59,329 nucleotides of DNA from Nemertoderma westbladi. Taxonomy: Eukaryota; Animalia; Xenacoelomorpha. Positions 37,857-49,745 of this stretch are shown piece after piece. The notes below the pieces were generated by a model, which did no database searches, had not been told where the DNA came from, and saw only the letters and a list, made by a program, of their open reading frames with translations. The DNA is taken from positions 1-59,329 of the forward strand of contig JAUCBJ010006589.1 in NCBI GenBank assembly GCA_032718475.1, read 5' to 3'. The first letter of the stretch is position 1. Each line of letters begins with the position of its first letter. A program made the position numbers and the translations under genes.

Positions 37857-39503
37857 ATCTGCTATACAAGTTCACCAATATTATAATGAGTTTATATATC
37901 GTTAGGCGAGCGGGCGTCGCTGCCTATTTCTCCCTTGCCCCCGGACAGTAAGAGATTCTCAGCGCCGATGTACCGCTGTAGCTGTACTTTCGCCAACGAC
38001 GTAGCCGTACAACTACAACGATAACCGACACAAGTCACTCCACTGTCCGTCCCAAAGGCTTAGATGTACTTCAGGTATTCCTTGGAGAGTTAGGTTATTT
38101 TACGATTGTGACTAGCTACTGTAAACACACTTTAGCAGTAACATTCACCTATAAACTCACAAATACCACACAACTGGTCACAACTACACACATTCGGGCC
38201 ATTTGTCCGTTAGTCAATGCCTTCCAGAATGTCACTGTATTATTATGTATCCTTGGATACTAGTAGTGCGCTATTTATTCCCTATGTTATTCAATGGGAC
38301 AAGCTTTCTATTGTTCGTTTAACTCAATTCTAATTCTAGCGTGGTTGTTGCTATGGTGACATTATGCAAAGCTAGCGGTAGAATTAGAGTAATTCCAATG
38401 CATACAGATCTGGGATGTTATTTAATAGGAATTCTTTAATAGTCAATGTCCTGTTTATACATGACTTTAAGAATTTTATCGGCTATTAACTATGTTTGGG
38501 AGACTTTCACACTCTCATACGCATGATAAGATAAATCTCCGCTCCCTTGATCTATTAATTAATGGAATTTTGGGAACTTTATAAATTGCGTAAAATGGCA
38601 ATTTATTAAATTCATTAAAAGGCATGAATTTAAATTTATTCCCTGAAATTTTATTATTTGATAATTAAATGGACATATTTTGATTCTAGAACATGTCTAG
38701 GGACACAAGATCCTTAATTCTAAGAAATTGTCTCTTTAAGAATATCGGTAAATGCTACGATATCTTAATTGACTAGAATTGTTGAAGGATCTGGATTTTA
38801 CAGATTTTGACTTATTTGATTTGTAAATATTAACTAATTAATATTTGAGATGGGCACCGATTTATTCCAGAACTTGTCTGGGGACGTTAACCACTGATTC
38901 TAGAATTTGTCTTTCAAGTATATCGGTGGGTGCCGCGATATCTTAATCGACTAGAATTACAGATGGTCAAAGGGTTTAACAGATTTATTTTGCGTTATAC
39001 GCTACTGTTAAAGGGACATCACGCTACTATATGTATTATTTAATATACGGTATGAGAGCAATATCGCACGAAGCAATGTCAGTGTGAAGAGGCAAGTCGT
39101 TTCCAAGGTCTACCCAGAGCTTGGTTTAGCCGAGACACGAGGATCTGAACTTTGCATTCCTAATACTCTGCCTACCAATAATACTAAATATAGTAGTGGC
39201 TTTATTGTACTTTAATAAGTACAGACATTTCATCTTACTGTAGTTACGTATTTATAATATAATACGGACAGTAAGGAAAGGGAAAAATAATTATTTCTTC
39301 GCCGTCGCACTAAATATAATATAAGTAAGTATGTACATAATAAACACGAATATATTGCACTATTCTACAAAATAATCGCTAAATAATATTCTACTAAATT
39401 AAATAAAACGATTATAATAAAATTACATAGTAATACATACATAAATATAAAAATAATAATAATAATATAAAATAATAGAGTCACACGCCCACTCCGAACG
39501 ATA

Positions 39504-42500
39504 TTAAGTTGGGGAGTCCCTAGATGTCGGTTGGATTAGGGAAGTGGTCGTGGGAAGAGTTTCTTGCCTTCCATAGTTTCCGGAGAGCTCTCTGTCTCTT
39601 TCCAGTAAACATAAACGTCCCACTGGGCGATTGAGCTGTTGAGTCTCAAAGACTATCCCTGGTTTCTTAAAGTTCCGCCGCATGACGACGAGCTCTACTG
39701 ATCGCACCAAACCATCGCTCGAGATATAAGTCTCGATGATACGTCCTGTTTGCCATCGCTTACGTGGGAGATCGGGGTCCACAATAAGCACCATGTCTCC
39801 AGCGCTGACGTTTTCTTGCTGCGCAAACCACTTAGTTCGAAGTTGTAGAGTGGGCAGGTAATGTTTCTCAAAATGGTCAGCGAAACGACGGGATAGCAAC
39901 TGCATAAGTTGCCAGGTTCGACGGCAGTACTCGTCTCCGTCTGTGATCTCCGATTGCGGGAGCATGGCTACAGGTTTCTTCAGTAGAAAGTGCGCGGGTG
40001 TTAGCGCTTCCAGGGAATCAGGATTTGAAGAGACTGGCATAAGCGGTCTTTCGTTGAGATAGGCGGCGATTTCCTCCATTAACGTCCGCAATAGTTCGTC
40101 GGTGAGATAAGCGCGACAAGGCACGATGAAGTGGAACGCAGTCTTCACGCTCCTAATCAATCTCTCCCAACTTCCTCCCCACCAAGGGGCGTCGGCGGCG
40201 TTGAAGGTCCAGCTAGACGCTGTTATCCTTAGCTGATCGTCCACCTGTCTTTTATTCCAGTCCTTTACGTAAGCTTGAATTTCGTTGTTGGCGCCAATGA
40301 AGTTCGTTCCCTTATCCGATCTCATCGTGTTACTGGTTCCGAAGCGAGCGATCTGTCGTCGTAAACTCAACACGAAGCTGTTGGTGGATAGATCGTTTAC
40401 CATATCGAGATGGATAGCTCTACAAGTCATACAAACGAAGATGACACACCATCTCTTGACTATAGTCCGGGCACGATATACTTCAATAGGGCCAAATAAA
40501 TCCACACCGGTATTAGTAAAGGGTGGTTCATAGAAGCTTACTCTTTCCCTAGGTAATTCTGCCTCTCGCTGTGTTAAAGGCCTACTGAATGCTTTCCTAC
40601 AGGGTATGCAGTTCCTAAGAACTTGGTTCAGAGCCCTACGGGGTTTATAAAAATAGTAGCGAGTTCGGATTTCGCTCAGAACCCGCTCTCTACCGGCATG
40701 GTACAGTTTGCTATGAACATCTACAATCATCTTGATTTGTATATCAAGATTTCTAATGAGTATGGGAAACTTAGTGTCAAAGGATAACGGGGCGTTGGTG
40801 AGCCGACCTCCAACACGTATTAACCCATCTATCATGGTACTAGAGAAGCGATCCCTTAAGCGCATCTGTGGATTTCTTAACAACAGGAAATACTTATCGG
40901 AATCCTCATAGCATTGTAGGAGTCTCAGCATCTGTTTGTTGGTTTCATCATGCTCCTGGTAGCTGATCTTCTCCTTTAGAAACCTGTGGGGTACCTTATA
41001 TTGGGGAAGATCTTTAACAACATGGACTCGTGCAGATGTTGATGGAGCATCATCACTATTGGTCTTTGTTCCGGAGTAACGATGATGAAAACATCGTTTC
41101 AAATAGGTGACGGCCTTACAGAGCCGATTCCAGGAACTGTAGTGACGTATGGCTCTCTGCAAGAGAGGTGAGAGTCCTTGCGAGATATCTGGTATTCCAG
41201 ATTTCCAATCCTTGTCACGGATTTCCAAGACTTCTTTCGTCGTGGCGGTGGGTTTCTGATCCAAAGCATCATCTCCGGAAGTAAATAATACAGATAGATC
41301 AACCGCAGGTTTAAACAACTTCGATTTACTCGCTCGAGTTTTGGGTTTAACTTTCTCCGCTCCCTTGGCCTGTCTGATCTCTGCTGTTGTGAGATGGGGT
41401 GGCCATTCTTCTTCTTCTCGGTAGAGAAAGTCGGGTCCACCTAACCATTCGGGAGTATTTACCAATTCCTTTGGAGTCGCTCCTCGGGACGCGATGTCCG
41501 CTGGATTAATCGTTCCGGGGCAATGTCTCCATTGGTCCATCGTCGTGCGACTAAGTATGATGGCTACTCTGTTGGTAACGAAGACGCTGAACTGACAGAC
41601 TTCATTGGTTATATACTCTAACACGAGTAAAGCGTCGGTCCAATATACAGTTTTCTCTAATGTATAGTCAATCTGTTCGGTTACATTCCGGCCGATGGCT
41701 GTAGCGTATAGAGCCGCTTTCAACTCCGCTCGAGGAACTTTCAACTTGTTGTTGATTAATGCCTTAGAAGTAACCAAGGCGACTTTGATTCCATCCGGAG
41801 TTTCCACTCTTAGGTAGGCTACTATACCGATTCCCATATCGCTGGCGTCTCCAAACACATGGAGTTGATAGGAATACGTAGGGAGAACATGACCAAAATA
41901 TGAACGGGAAATTATAAACTCCTCGATCGCTGGTAGAGAATCTTCCCATTTCATCCACTGCTTCAGTAATTCCCCCTTAAGTGGATCGTCCCATGAGTGG
42001 TTTTCAAGCCACATTTGTTGTACTAAACTACGAGCAATCAATATAACTGGGCTAATAAATCCCAATGGATCGAAATAGGTGCTCAGTATACTTAAGCAAA
42101 TCCGTTTGGTTCGAACTGGATTATCTCGCTGCTTTAGTTGGAAAAACAGGATATCTCTCTCTGTGTCCCATTTCAAGCCGAGTGTCTTGGTTTCTGGCAG
42201 ATCATCTTTGATCAAATCGAGATCTTTCGCTCCGCGATCTTCCGCAGGAATCGACTCCAGAAACTCACGGGAGTTGCTGGTGAATTTTGTTAATCGAAAA
42301 CCACCTCTTTTTAAGCACTCTACCGTTCCCTTAGCGACCTCAATGGCTTCTTCAACTGATGGGAGGGACTTCAGATTGTCGTCCATGTATATGTCTTTCT
42401 TGATATTGTCGATTACTTCCTTAGAGAATGCCTCTCGATTGTCCTCTGCAGTAGTACGCACGACCGAACAGGCGTTGGAAGGGCTTGAGATTATCCCAAA

Positions 42501-45218
42501 GGCCTGGATGGTCATCCAGTACTCCACCGGTTTCTGGTTGAGGTCTCCTTCGGGCCACCATAGAAATCGTAAGCTATCTCGATCCCTATCCAACACTTTG
42601 ACTTGCAAGAACATGCCTTCTATATCAGAGGCGAAAGCAATCGAATATTGTCTAAGTCTTAAAAGAATTCCCAACAAAGATTGAAGTAAGTTGGGTCCGG
42701 GTAACAATTCAGAGTTAAGGGATTGACCCATGTAAAGAGCGGAGCCATCAAAAACTACTCTCACTTCGTGGGGTTTACCGGGTTTAGGAACGTAATGGTG
42801 AGTTAAATAATACGTTCTTTCAGTCACAGGTGTTTCTTCCGGTACTCTCTCCGCGTATCCCTTATTGATAAATTTTTCTAGCTGTGTTTGATACATGGCT
42901 TTCGCTGAAGAATTAACCGTAAGGCGTCGATGGAGTTGTGCGATTCTTTTTTCCGCCAGGGGTCTGTTATTGATGAACTTCGGTTCTTTCTTGCGGAAAG
43001 GTAAACCGACTTCATACCTACCTTGATCTTTGAGGAAACATGTAGTTGTCTCTTGGATCTGCTTGGCCCTTTCCTCTTCTACAGACAAGGCTTTATCGTA
43101 GGAATTGGGCTCTACCGCCTCTTGCATAAAGAATCGTACGGCATGTTCATCCCGAATCTTGGCATTATGACGCTCAATGACGTCATTTAACTCGTCGTTA
43201 TAAGCTTCTCGTTCAGATGGATAGAGAAGTTGACATAAGTTAACTTGATTTTGCCAAGCATCGTTTTCCTTAAGGAGATCGATGGTATTCTCCTCATCAA
43301 AAAGCTGGTGAACATCGTCGTTATCTGAGGAGTATGGAGTTCCCTCAGTTGAATCGTCTCCCTCACTAGCATCATCTTCCCATTCACTCACCTTGTAGAC
43401 TCTCTCTTGCGGTAGTCTTTCTCTGAGTGTTCTACGGGAAGGGCCAGTAAAGTACCAACCTACTCTAGTTCTTACCGCATAGGTCTGTAGGGGCTGCGGT
43501 TGAGCAGGCCGTTTCTCTAACGTCTCCAGCGCCTCATGCGCGTTTTGGCCGATGAGTATTTGCACTCCAGGATAATCAGTCTGAAATCGAGGTATGTTAA
43601 GATGTTGGATGCTCTCATCCTCGTCCCAATTATAAAGGTCTGCTTGAGTAGTAGCGAAGTTCTTTATAGCCACCATTTTCACTAACCTTATGCTGTGTTC
43701 TCCTAGTTCGTCCTGGGGGGTGGACAACGCTCCAACATAATAATCAGCTGTTATTGTAGATTTCCAAACTTGCATAATGCCTGACATGTTGAGCTTAGTT
43801 TGAAACTTGGGTTGTCCAGCAAATATATCTTCGGCTAACTCTTTATCGATAAATGTTCCTGTGCTGCCGGAGTCCAGGAGGGCGTTCACTACATAACTCC
43901 TCTTAGGTCCGTGAACCCTTACCTGTACCACAGGAAACTCTCGGATCCCTACATTGGAGGATGTCTCTTTCCAAGGTGGTTGTCGTTCAGAAGTAGTTAG
44001 AGTAAAGTCGTTCTCTGTATCTTTCTCATATGTTAGTGCTCGATACACTGCGGTATTTATCATGTAACAGGATTCGTTTTCGTCAGAGAACTCGTCTGTA
44101 TAGAATCCTTCCATCTCAGATTGATCAGTGTCGTTCACATCACTGAATTGGACATGTAGCTCGGAATCACTTACCTGATTCGGACTATTTCGATCGAATT
44201 CAGCGTGCAACAAGATATGATGTTTCGCACCACACTTTGCACACCTTATGTCAGAGAAACAGGTTCGCCGTTGGTGTCCTTGTCTGAGGCAATTATAACA
44301 TAACCGCTTATCCCACATAACTTCGCGTCTCTCCGTTAATGATTTCTTTAGAAATTCATCACACCTATTCAAATAGTGGGTCCCGTCACACAGCGCACAT
44401 TTTGGTTTGATGTTACTTACCTTATTCTGAGTCACATTGTGTACACTTGCCTTTTCTTCGGGCTTTCTCACCTGAATTCTCTTGGGAGACGTGGGAGGAG
44501 TTTTTCTTGCTTGTTCTCTCCTGTCATTTGTTCGAGACTTGAATTTACTTACCTGATCTTTAGGCATTTTATTCACGTAATAAGATCTATCCGTGTCCTT
44601 CCCGCTATCTTCTCCTTGAGAAGTCTGGCTTTCGCCGTCATCGGTATAACATACTGGTGTTATTTTTCTCCTAGAGACGGGTTTTTCGCTTACCTTGTTT
44701 TCCGGTGTTTTCTCCCTAGACAGTTTCAGGAGCTGTAATTTCACTTCTCCATCTAGGAATGACATGAGATCAGCCATGGTAGGGTCTCTCCGTTGTTGTT
44801 CCATCATATATAACACTTTCTTATCCCAGCGTGTACCTACTCCACCCTTAGGTAAAGTAGAAGCCACTGCTCTAATAACCATAGTGTTCTGATACTCATG
44901 AGACTTACCTAGCCAATCTAATTGTCTGCAGATCTCCTGGATCTCATCGGAAAACTCGATAATTCCGCTACTAATAAACTTTCGGGGCGCTACTAACTTG
45001 GCATACAAGTACCCAGCGATATTATTCCTATTACCATACCTGATGTTTAGTGTATCCCAAACTTGTCTTAATCCGTCTGGATGTCCAATAAACTTTAACG
45101 CCATTAACTTGGGAGATCCTTCCAAGCACTCGATGAGGTATCTAAGTTTTTCTCCATTAGATAGTACAGAGTTCTGTATGTTATCTTTGTAATATTCATT
45201 AAAAGGTAACCATTTCAT
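39504..45218 (-). CDS. BEL/Pao Gag(C-term)-Pol polyprotein
   Basis: Three Cys/His knuckles, protease LLDSGS, RT YMDD, RNase H HVFGDAS, integrase HHCC, GVDLFGP, SDKGTNF, WERLI. Confidence 0.95.
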   Translation of the reverse strand: MKWLPFNEYYKDNIQNSVLSNGEKLRYLIECLEGSPKLMALKFIGHPDGLRQVWDTLNIRYGNRNNIAGYLYAKLVAPRKFISSGIIEFSDEIQEICRQLDWLGKSHEYQNTMVIRAVASTLPKGGVGTRWDKKVLYMMEQQRRDPTMADLMSFLDGEVKLQLLKLSREKTPENKVSEKPVSRRKITPVCYTDDGESQTSQGEDSGKDTDRSYYVNKMPKDQVSKFKSRTNDRREQARKTPPTSPKRIQVRKPEEKASVHNVTQNKVSNIKPKCALCDGTHYLNRCDEFLKKSLTERREVMWDKRLCYNCLRQGHQRRTCFSDIRCAKCGAKHHILLHAEFDRNSPNQVSDSELHVQFSDVNDTDQSEMEGFYTDEFSDENESCYMINTAVYRALTYEKDTENDFTLTTSERQPPWKETSSNVGIREFPVVQVRVHGPKRSYVVNALLDSGSTGTFIDKELAEDIFAGQPKFQTKLNMSGIMQVWKSTITADYYVGALSTPQDELGEHSIRLVKMVAIKNFATTQADLYNWDEDESIQHLNIPRFQTDYPGVQILIGQNAHEALETLEKRPAQPQPLQTYAVRTRVGWYFTGPSRRTLRERLPQERVYKVSEWEDDASEGDDSTEGTPYSSDNDDVHQLFDEENTIDLLKENDAWQNQVNLCQLLYPSEREAYNDELNDVIERHNAKIRDEHAVRFFMQEAVEPNSYDKALSVEEERAKQIQETTTCFLKDQGRYEVGLPFRKKEPKFINNRPLAEKRIAQLHRRLTVNSSAKAMYQTQLEKFINKGYAERVPEETPVTERTYYLTHHYVPKPGKPHEVRVVFDGSALYMGQSLNSELLPGPNLLQSLLGILLRLRQYSIAFASDIEGMFLQVKVLDRDRDSLRFLWWPEGDLNQKPVEYWMTIQAFGIISSPSNACSVVRTTAEDNREAFSKEVIDNIKKDIYMDDNLKSLPSVEEAIEVAKGTVECLKRGGFRLTKFTSNSREFLESIPAEDRGAKDLDLIKDDLPETKTLGLKWDTERDILFFQLKQRDNPVRTKRICLSILSTYFDPLGFISPVILIARSLVQQMWLENHSWDDPLKGELLKQWMKWEDSLPAIEEFIISRSYFGHVLPTYSYQLHVFGDASDMGIGIVAYLRVETPDGIKVALVTSKALINNKLKVPRAELKAALYATAIGRNVTEQIDYTLEKTVYWTDALLVLEYITNEVCQFSVFVTNRVAIILSRTTMDQWRHCPGTINPADIASRGATPKELVNTPEWLGGPDFLYREEEEWPPHLTTAEIRQAKGAEKVKPKTRASKSKLFKPAVDLSVLFTSGDDALDQKPTATTKEVLEIRDKDWKSGIPDISQGLSPLLQRAIRHYSSWNRLCKAVTYLKRCFHHRYSGTKTNSDDAPSTSARVHVVKDLPQYKVPHRFLKEKISYQEHDETNKQMLRLLQCYEDSDKYFLLLRNPQMRLRDRFSSTMIDGLIRVGGRLTNAPLSFDTKFPILIRNLDIQIKMIVDVHSKLYHAGRERVLSEIRTRYYFYKPRRALNQVLRNCIPCRKAFSRPLTQREAELPRERVSFYEPPFTNTGVDLFGPIEVYRARTIVKRWCVIFVCMTCRAIHLDMVNDLSTNSFVLSLRRQIARFGTSNTMRSDKGTNFIGANNEIQAYVKDWNKRQVDDQLRITASSWTFNAADAPWWGGSWERLIRSVKTAFHFIVPCRAYLTDELLRTLMEEIAAYLNERPLMPVSSNPDSLEALTPAHFLLKKPVAMLPQSEITDGDEYCRRTWQLMQLLSRRFADHFEKHYLPTLQLRTKWFAQQENVSAGDMVLIVDPDLPRKRWQTGRIIETYISSDGLVRSVELVVMRRNFKKPGIVFETQQLNRPVGRLCLLERDRELSGNYGRQETLPTTTSLIQPTSRDSPT

Positions 45219-45355
45219 CTCATCTCCATTGAACTTGACGATCTCTCCAACCTTTTACAGCTTGCCGGGCTTCGGTTCTAGCCATTTGACGCGTAAAACT
45301 TTCTTGGGCCATCGTGCTATTTAATATCGAGTTATCGGTATATAAATTTCTCGGA

Positions 45356-47575
45356 TTATGAGCAAGTTCTATAGGGAATATCATTATCAACAGGTCTATA
45401 ATTACCCTTAATAGGGTTCACTATAGGAGTTTCTACCTCGCTAGCAGTATATATGCGTGTAGGCTCCACACCTTGCGCATGCAATACTTCAGACCTAACA
45501 GGTTGACACATTGTTACAGAGGGTGGTGGTATACCCTTTTTTAAGTTTACTAATTTATCGCGTTCTAACGCGATACTTTGCTGCACTTCTTGCAACTCTA
45601 ACTTACTTTCCCTTACTGTGCCCTTGAACTGCTGGACAGTCTCCTGCATCTGTCCGAGCAGGATATCCATCCCCCGCCGTCTCTCGTCCACCCATTCGAC
45701 CGCCGAAGCGGGAGTCGCCAACGTTGTAGCGGGCGGACGAGGGACAACGGGAGACAAATCTGGAATATTTCGCTCGGGGTCCAGGACCTGAACTGTCTCC
45801 TGGGCAGTTCTACGGGGCTCAGGTAGCTTAGTGCTATGTAGAGGGAATTTAGAGGTAGCTTCAGGGAGCACAGGTGTATCTATTACCGTAGGGGTGATTT
45901 CAAGAACAGGCCTACCTATTTCAGGCTCATCTACTATAGTAGGGAGTCTTTCTATTTTAATTATTTGGTCTGTGGGCTCTGTACTACCTAAGTTGGTGTT
46001 ATTTAGCTGCCTTCTAACAGCTGGAGGCAAATCAGGCAATTTCTGACGGTGGAATGTTCTTTTACGTCGACTGGGACGAGATCTATTTCCCTTGCCTTCA
46101 GTATCGGTGGTATCGCCTTCCTCAGATGATGTATATCCCTGTCTTTTGGGAGTAGATCGATTCATCATCTGCATATTACTAGCTGCTAACTGTTTATTTA
46201 TGCAGTCTTGATTCTCCTGAATGTTTTCCAATTCTAATTGGGTGATTTCGTCAGCCGCTTTCCTTTCTGCTTCTGCCACTTTTGTCTCTGCCGCTGCCTC
46301 TGCCTCTGCCGCTGCCTTGGCCGCTGCCGCCTTTGCCTCTGCCGCTGCCTTGGCCGCGACCGCCTTTCTTTCTGCTTCTGCAACTACTACTGCTGCTTTC
46401 TTTCTGTCTTCTATACGTTTTTTCCTTACTTGTTCTTCCCTTTCTCTAGCAATGCGGAGTTGTTCATCGAATTTAGCTTGGTTCGCCGCTAACCTATCCA
46501 CATCAATCGCATCTAACACAAGTTTGGCTCCTTCGCTATTAGGGCTAAGTCCCTCTAGCCTTCTCCTCAACTCTTCATCTCCCACAAAACGCTGATAGTC
46601 TGACAGATAGATATCAATGGCATCCCTCTTATGCGGTTTCTCTGCCGTCGCTTCACTTTCCACTTGGGAAAAAGTAGCGTCTGTTGATTCTCCATGGGTT
46701 GATCGCTCCTCTAGCTGAGCTTTCCACTGAGCAGTTCCTCGAACCTGGAGATTCACTCTTTGAAACCAAGTCTTTACGGCAACTTGCAACGACGTGTCTT
46801 GCCTTCTTTTAGAAGCCTCCTCAAAGGCGGATAAGATTAGCCTAATCCGCAGAACTCTTTCTCTAACTTGATAAAGCAGCGATCCCTGCTCTTGAGGTCC
46901 TGGAGGTTGTTGAAAAAGTTGCTTTTCTATTCGCTCCATAGAGCTGAAGAATCCCTGTGCGTATCCGGCTGCGGACCTCTTCCACACAGCTGGATCGATG
47001 GTTTCCTTGGCTACTCCCATCCGGTGTATGTCTTCCCAGGCAGCTTCTGATAAATCAAACGGGAGTCCGGGTCCGGGGAAGTTCCATTGCGACTCGACAA
47101 TAGACTTCAGTTCTTCACTAGTGTAGCCCGCGTAGCTATCTCTAGTTGACCGTTGACTTCTCGCCCAATCGATCTGGTGTTCTTCCACCGCGATCAATAA
47201 CCCAGCGAGCACGGCTGCAGGAAGGATGAGAAGGGGATCCGTATAAACCGCATCCGTCATCTCTGCTCCGCTCTCGGGTGTCAGCTCTACAGTATCCTCA
47301 CTACTGGAGCTGCTGGGCCGCTGAGGAATAAGTTCTTGACTAGCGGGTTGTTGCTGTTCCGCCGCTTGTTGGTCCCGCTTGACCTGAGCTCGGGTGCCTA
47401 TGATAGACCTACGATGTTGGACCAGCCTAGGTTCTGTTATTACTACTGGAGGGATGACCTTCCTCACAGTGGGAGGTGAACTGGATTTACGACCAGACAG
47501 TTGTACGTCTCTATCTGAGTCGCAGATAGTTACATCTAATAAACTGTCTGACAGGTTCTGCTTAGTATCAGACAT
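45356..47575 (-). CDS. BEL/Pao Gag N-terminal coiled-coil region
   Basis: 739-aa ORF with an Ala/Glu/Lys coiled coil. It joins the downstream ORF through two +1 frameshifts near 45375 and 45253. Confidence 0.8.
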   Translation of the reverse strand: MSDTKQNLSDSLLDVTICDSDRDVQLSGRKSSSPPTVRKVIPPVVITEPRLVQHRRSIIGTRAQVKRDQQAAEQQQPASQELIPQRPSSSSSEDTVELTPESGAEMTDAVYTDPLLILPAAVLAGLLIAVEEHQIDWARSQRSTRDSYAGYTSEELKSIVESQWNFPGPGLPFDLSEAAWEDIHRMGVAKETIDPAVWKRSAAGYAQGFFSSMERIEKQLFQQPPGPQEQGSLLYQVRERVLRIRLILSAFEEASKRRQDTSLQVAVKTWFQRVNLQVRGTAQWKAQLEERSTHGESTDATFSQVESEATAEKPHKRDAIDIYLSDYQRFVGDEELRRRLEGLSPNSEGAKLVLDAIDVDRLAANQAKFDEQLRIAREREEQVRKKRIEDRKKAAVVVAEAERKAVAAKAAAEAKAAAAKAAAEAEAAAETKVAEAERKAADEITQLELENIQENQDCINKQLAASNMQMMNRSTPKRQGYTSSEEGDTTDTEGKGNRSRPSRRKRTFHRQKLPDLPPAVRRQLNNTNLGSTEPTDQIIKIERLPTIVDEPEIGRPVLEITPTVIDTPVLPEATSKFPLHSTKLPEPRRTAQETVQVLDPERNIPDLSPVVPRPPATTLATPASAVEWVDERRRGMDILLGQMQETVQQFKGTVRESKLELQEVQQSIALERDKLVNLKKGIPPPSVTMCQPVRSEVLHAQGVEPTRIYTASEVETPIVNPIKGNYRPVDNDIPYRTCS

Positions 47576-48939
47576 GACTATGTATACCGTTGAATGTCTA
47601 TTGCTGTATTACAGTCTGAGTAAGTCTAGTAACGCAGTATTACCTGCTAGCCTAGTAATTAATTACCGGTACTGCTACTCAGTGTAGCGTGATATATATA
47701 ATATATTAGAATACCGGTATGCTTATAGTATATATAACTATTATTACAGACTAGGTTTATCACAGAATACCGGTATAATTTTAGCACAAATATATATAAA
47801 TATATAATAGGCCTATCGGAATACCGGTATACAGCTTACAGTTTGTAGTATATATAATTCTGGACTAGAATTAATTACAAGTACCGGTATAATTTCAGCC
47901 GAAATTTATAGAAATAAAGATAATAGGCCTATCGTAAATACCGGTATATCAATTATTTTAAATAATTGAATTTCTGAATTTTAGGGTTACTTGGTTACTT
48001 TACTTACTTTATTACCGTTATTTGAGCAGTAATCCAACTGATATTGAGACCTAATGGTTGTATGGTAGGCCTACTATTTATAAATCGTTAGATTTGATTT
48101 ATAATATATATATACCCGTTTTAATGGGTTTTGTCAATGTTTGAAATAAATGTTATTATTTCTGGGGAGTAATCACTACACAAAGCGGTGCGCTTTCAGT
48201 GAAGTGTTACGTATAGGACACTAAAACAAATAATTCTAATTTACCTAAGTTACTTAATACTACAAATTACGTACAATTCGGGTGAGATTACAATCTCTAA
48301 ATAAACACAAAAATTTACAAAAACACAAATACGAATTTTTAGGGTGATTTTACAAGAAGTCTACAAACCAGCCTAACAAAGGGTTAGAAAACTGGTTATT
48401 ACAACGGACAGGGTACTACGGTATTTGAAATAATAAGTAGTAGTAAATACACTACGTTGTCTAGATAGAAAAATACCACCGCCTGACGACCTATAGCCGT
48501 ATCGCTATAGGTTCTACGTTATGTATCACGGAGTGTTCCTACCTAGAAGTTAATAGAGCTAATCGAATGTGCCTATCAACCACTTTACAACACAGATATA
48601 ATGTCTACAATAATTACTTCGGAAAGTACTGTACACTAAACCCTAAATTAGGTACGAGTACTTGTACAACAGATAATCAGTAGTTAAATATACTTGAACA
48701 GCTAAAAGAACCACGGCATCTGCTGGAGTGACCGATGCACAAAATCACCAGTCTTTACCTACGCCGAGCAGCCCGTGTAGTACCGGGGTTAATTTAACTA
48801 TAGCGGTATGTATAACAAACACAATTACTGTAGGAACAAACTTGGGGAATGAATGTTGCGGATAATCGCATAAACTCTGAATAATAAATATTACGCTACG
48901 CGTACAAACTACTCAAACAAAATACAGACCGAACACTGA

Positions 48940-49450
48940 CAGACTACTATCAAGCCTAAACAAACTACGGTATATGCAGACTCCGAAATGATTAGGGAGT
49001 ATGCGCTCTAACCCAGTAGTGCGACTTATTCTTTAGTTGGGGGATTACCTTACAGCGTTCGCTGCCCCTACTGCCTAATCGTACTTAATCGGACAGATGA
49101 TCTACACACGCGGCAATCCGTTCAGACCTAATAACAGCCAGACAACTATCCAGCCTACAAATTATCTAAGTAAAATTATACGCTACCCGTACAGACTTAC
49201 ACAAACAAAGTACAGACTAAACGATGGCAGACTACTCTCAAGCCTAAATAAACCACAGGACATGCAGACTCCGAAATGATTAGGGAGTATGCGCTCTAAC
49301 CCAGTAGTGCGACTTATTCTTTAGTTGGGGGATTACCTTACAGCGTTCGCTGCCCCTACTGCCTAATCGTACTTAATCGGACAGGTGATCTACACACACT
49401 GCAATTCGTTCGGACTTAACAGCAATCAGACAACAGCTCAGCCTACAAAT
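48940..49450. repeat. 288-bp-period duplication in the BEL 5' leader with an identical 123-bp core
   Basis: 48974-49096 equals 49262-49384 while the flanking parts of the units differ. Confidence 0.9.
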
Positions 49451-49745
49451 CGTCTGTACTATCTGATCAGGCTTACACGCCTTCTGTTCAATACTGGCCT
49501 ACAAATAAATAAAACTTGACAGAAATAAGTAAACCATATAAAGGTATAAGGGGTGATCAATCCCTAATCCCCTAAACAGCCTACCGGTATACAACAATCA
49601 AATCGAATAATACTAGTGTACTTATACGGAAGTACCGGTTAGAACAGTTAGGCCTACTGACCTACAGGTGTACCGTTCAGGTTTACCGGTTGACCGGTAC
49701 TTTCAACTTTATTGCTTACTGCAACAAAGAAGCTATATCCTTTAA

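Noticed and set aside
45219-45380. Programmed gag-pol frameshift in the first BEL element
   Set aside because: Two separate +1 shifts are needed inside gag at short homopolymers, which fits mutation or sequencing error better.
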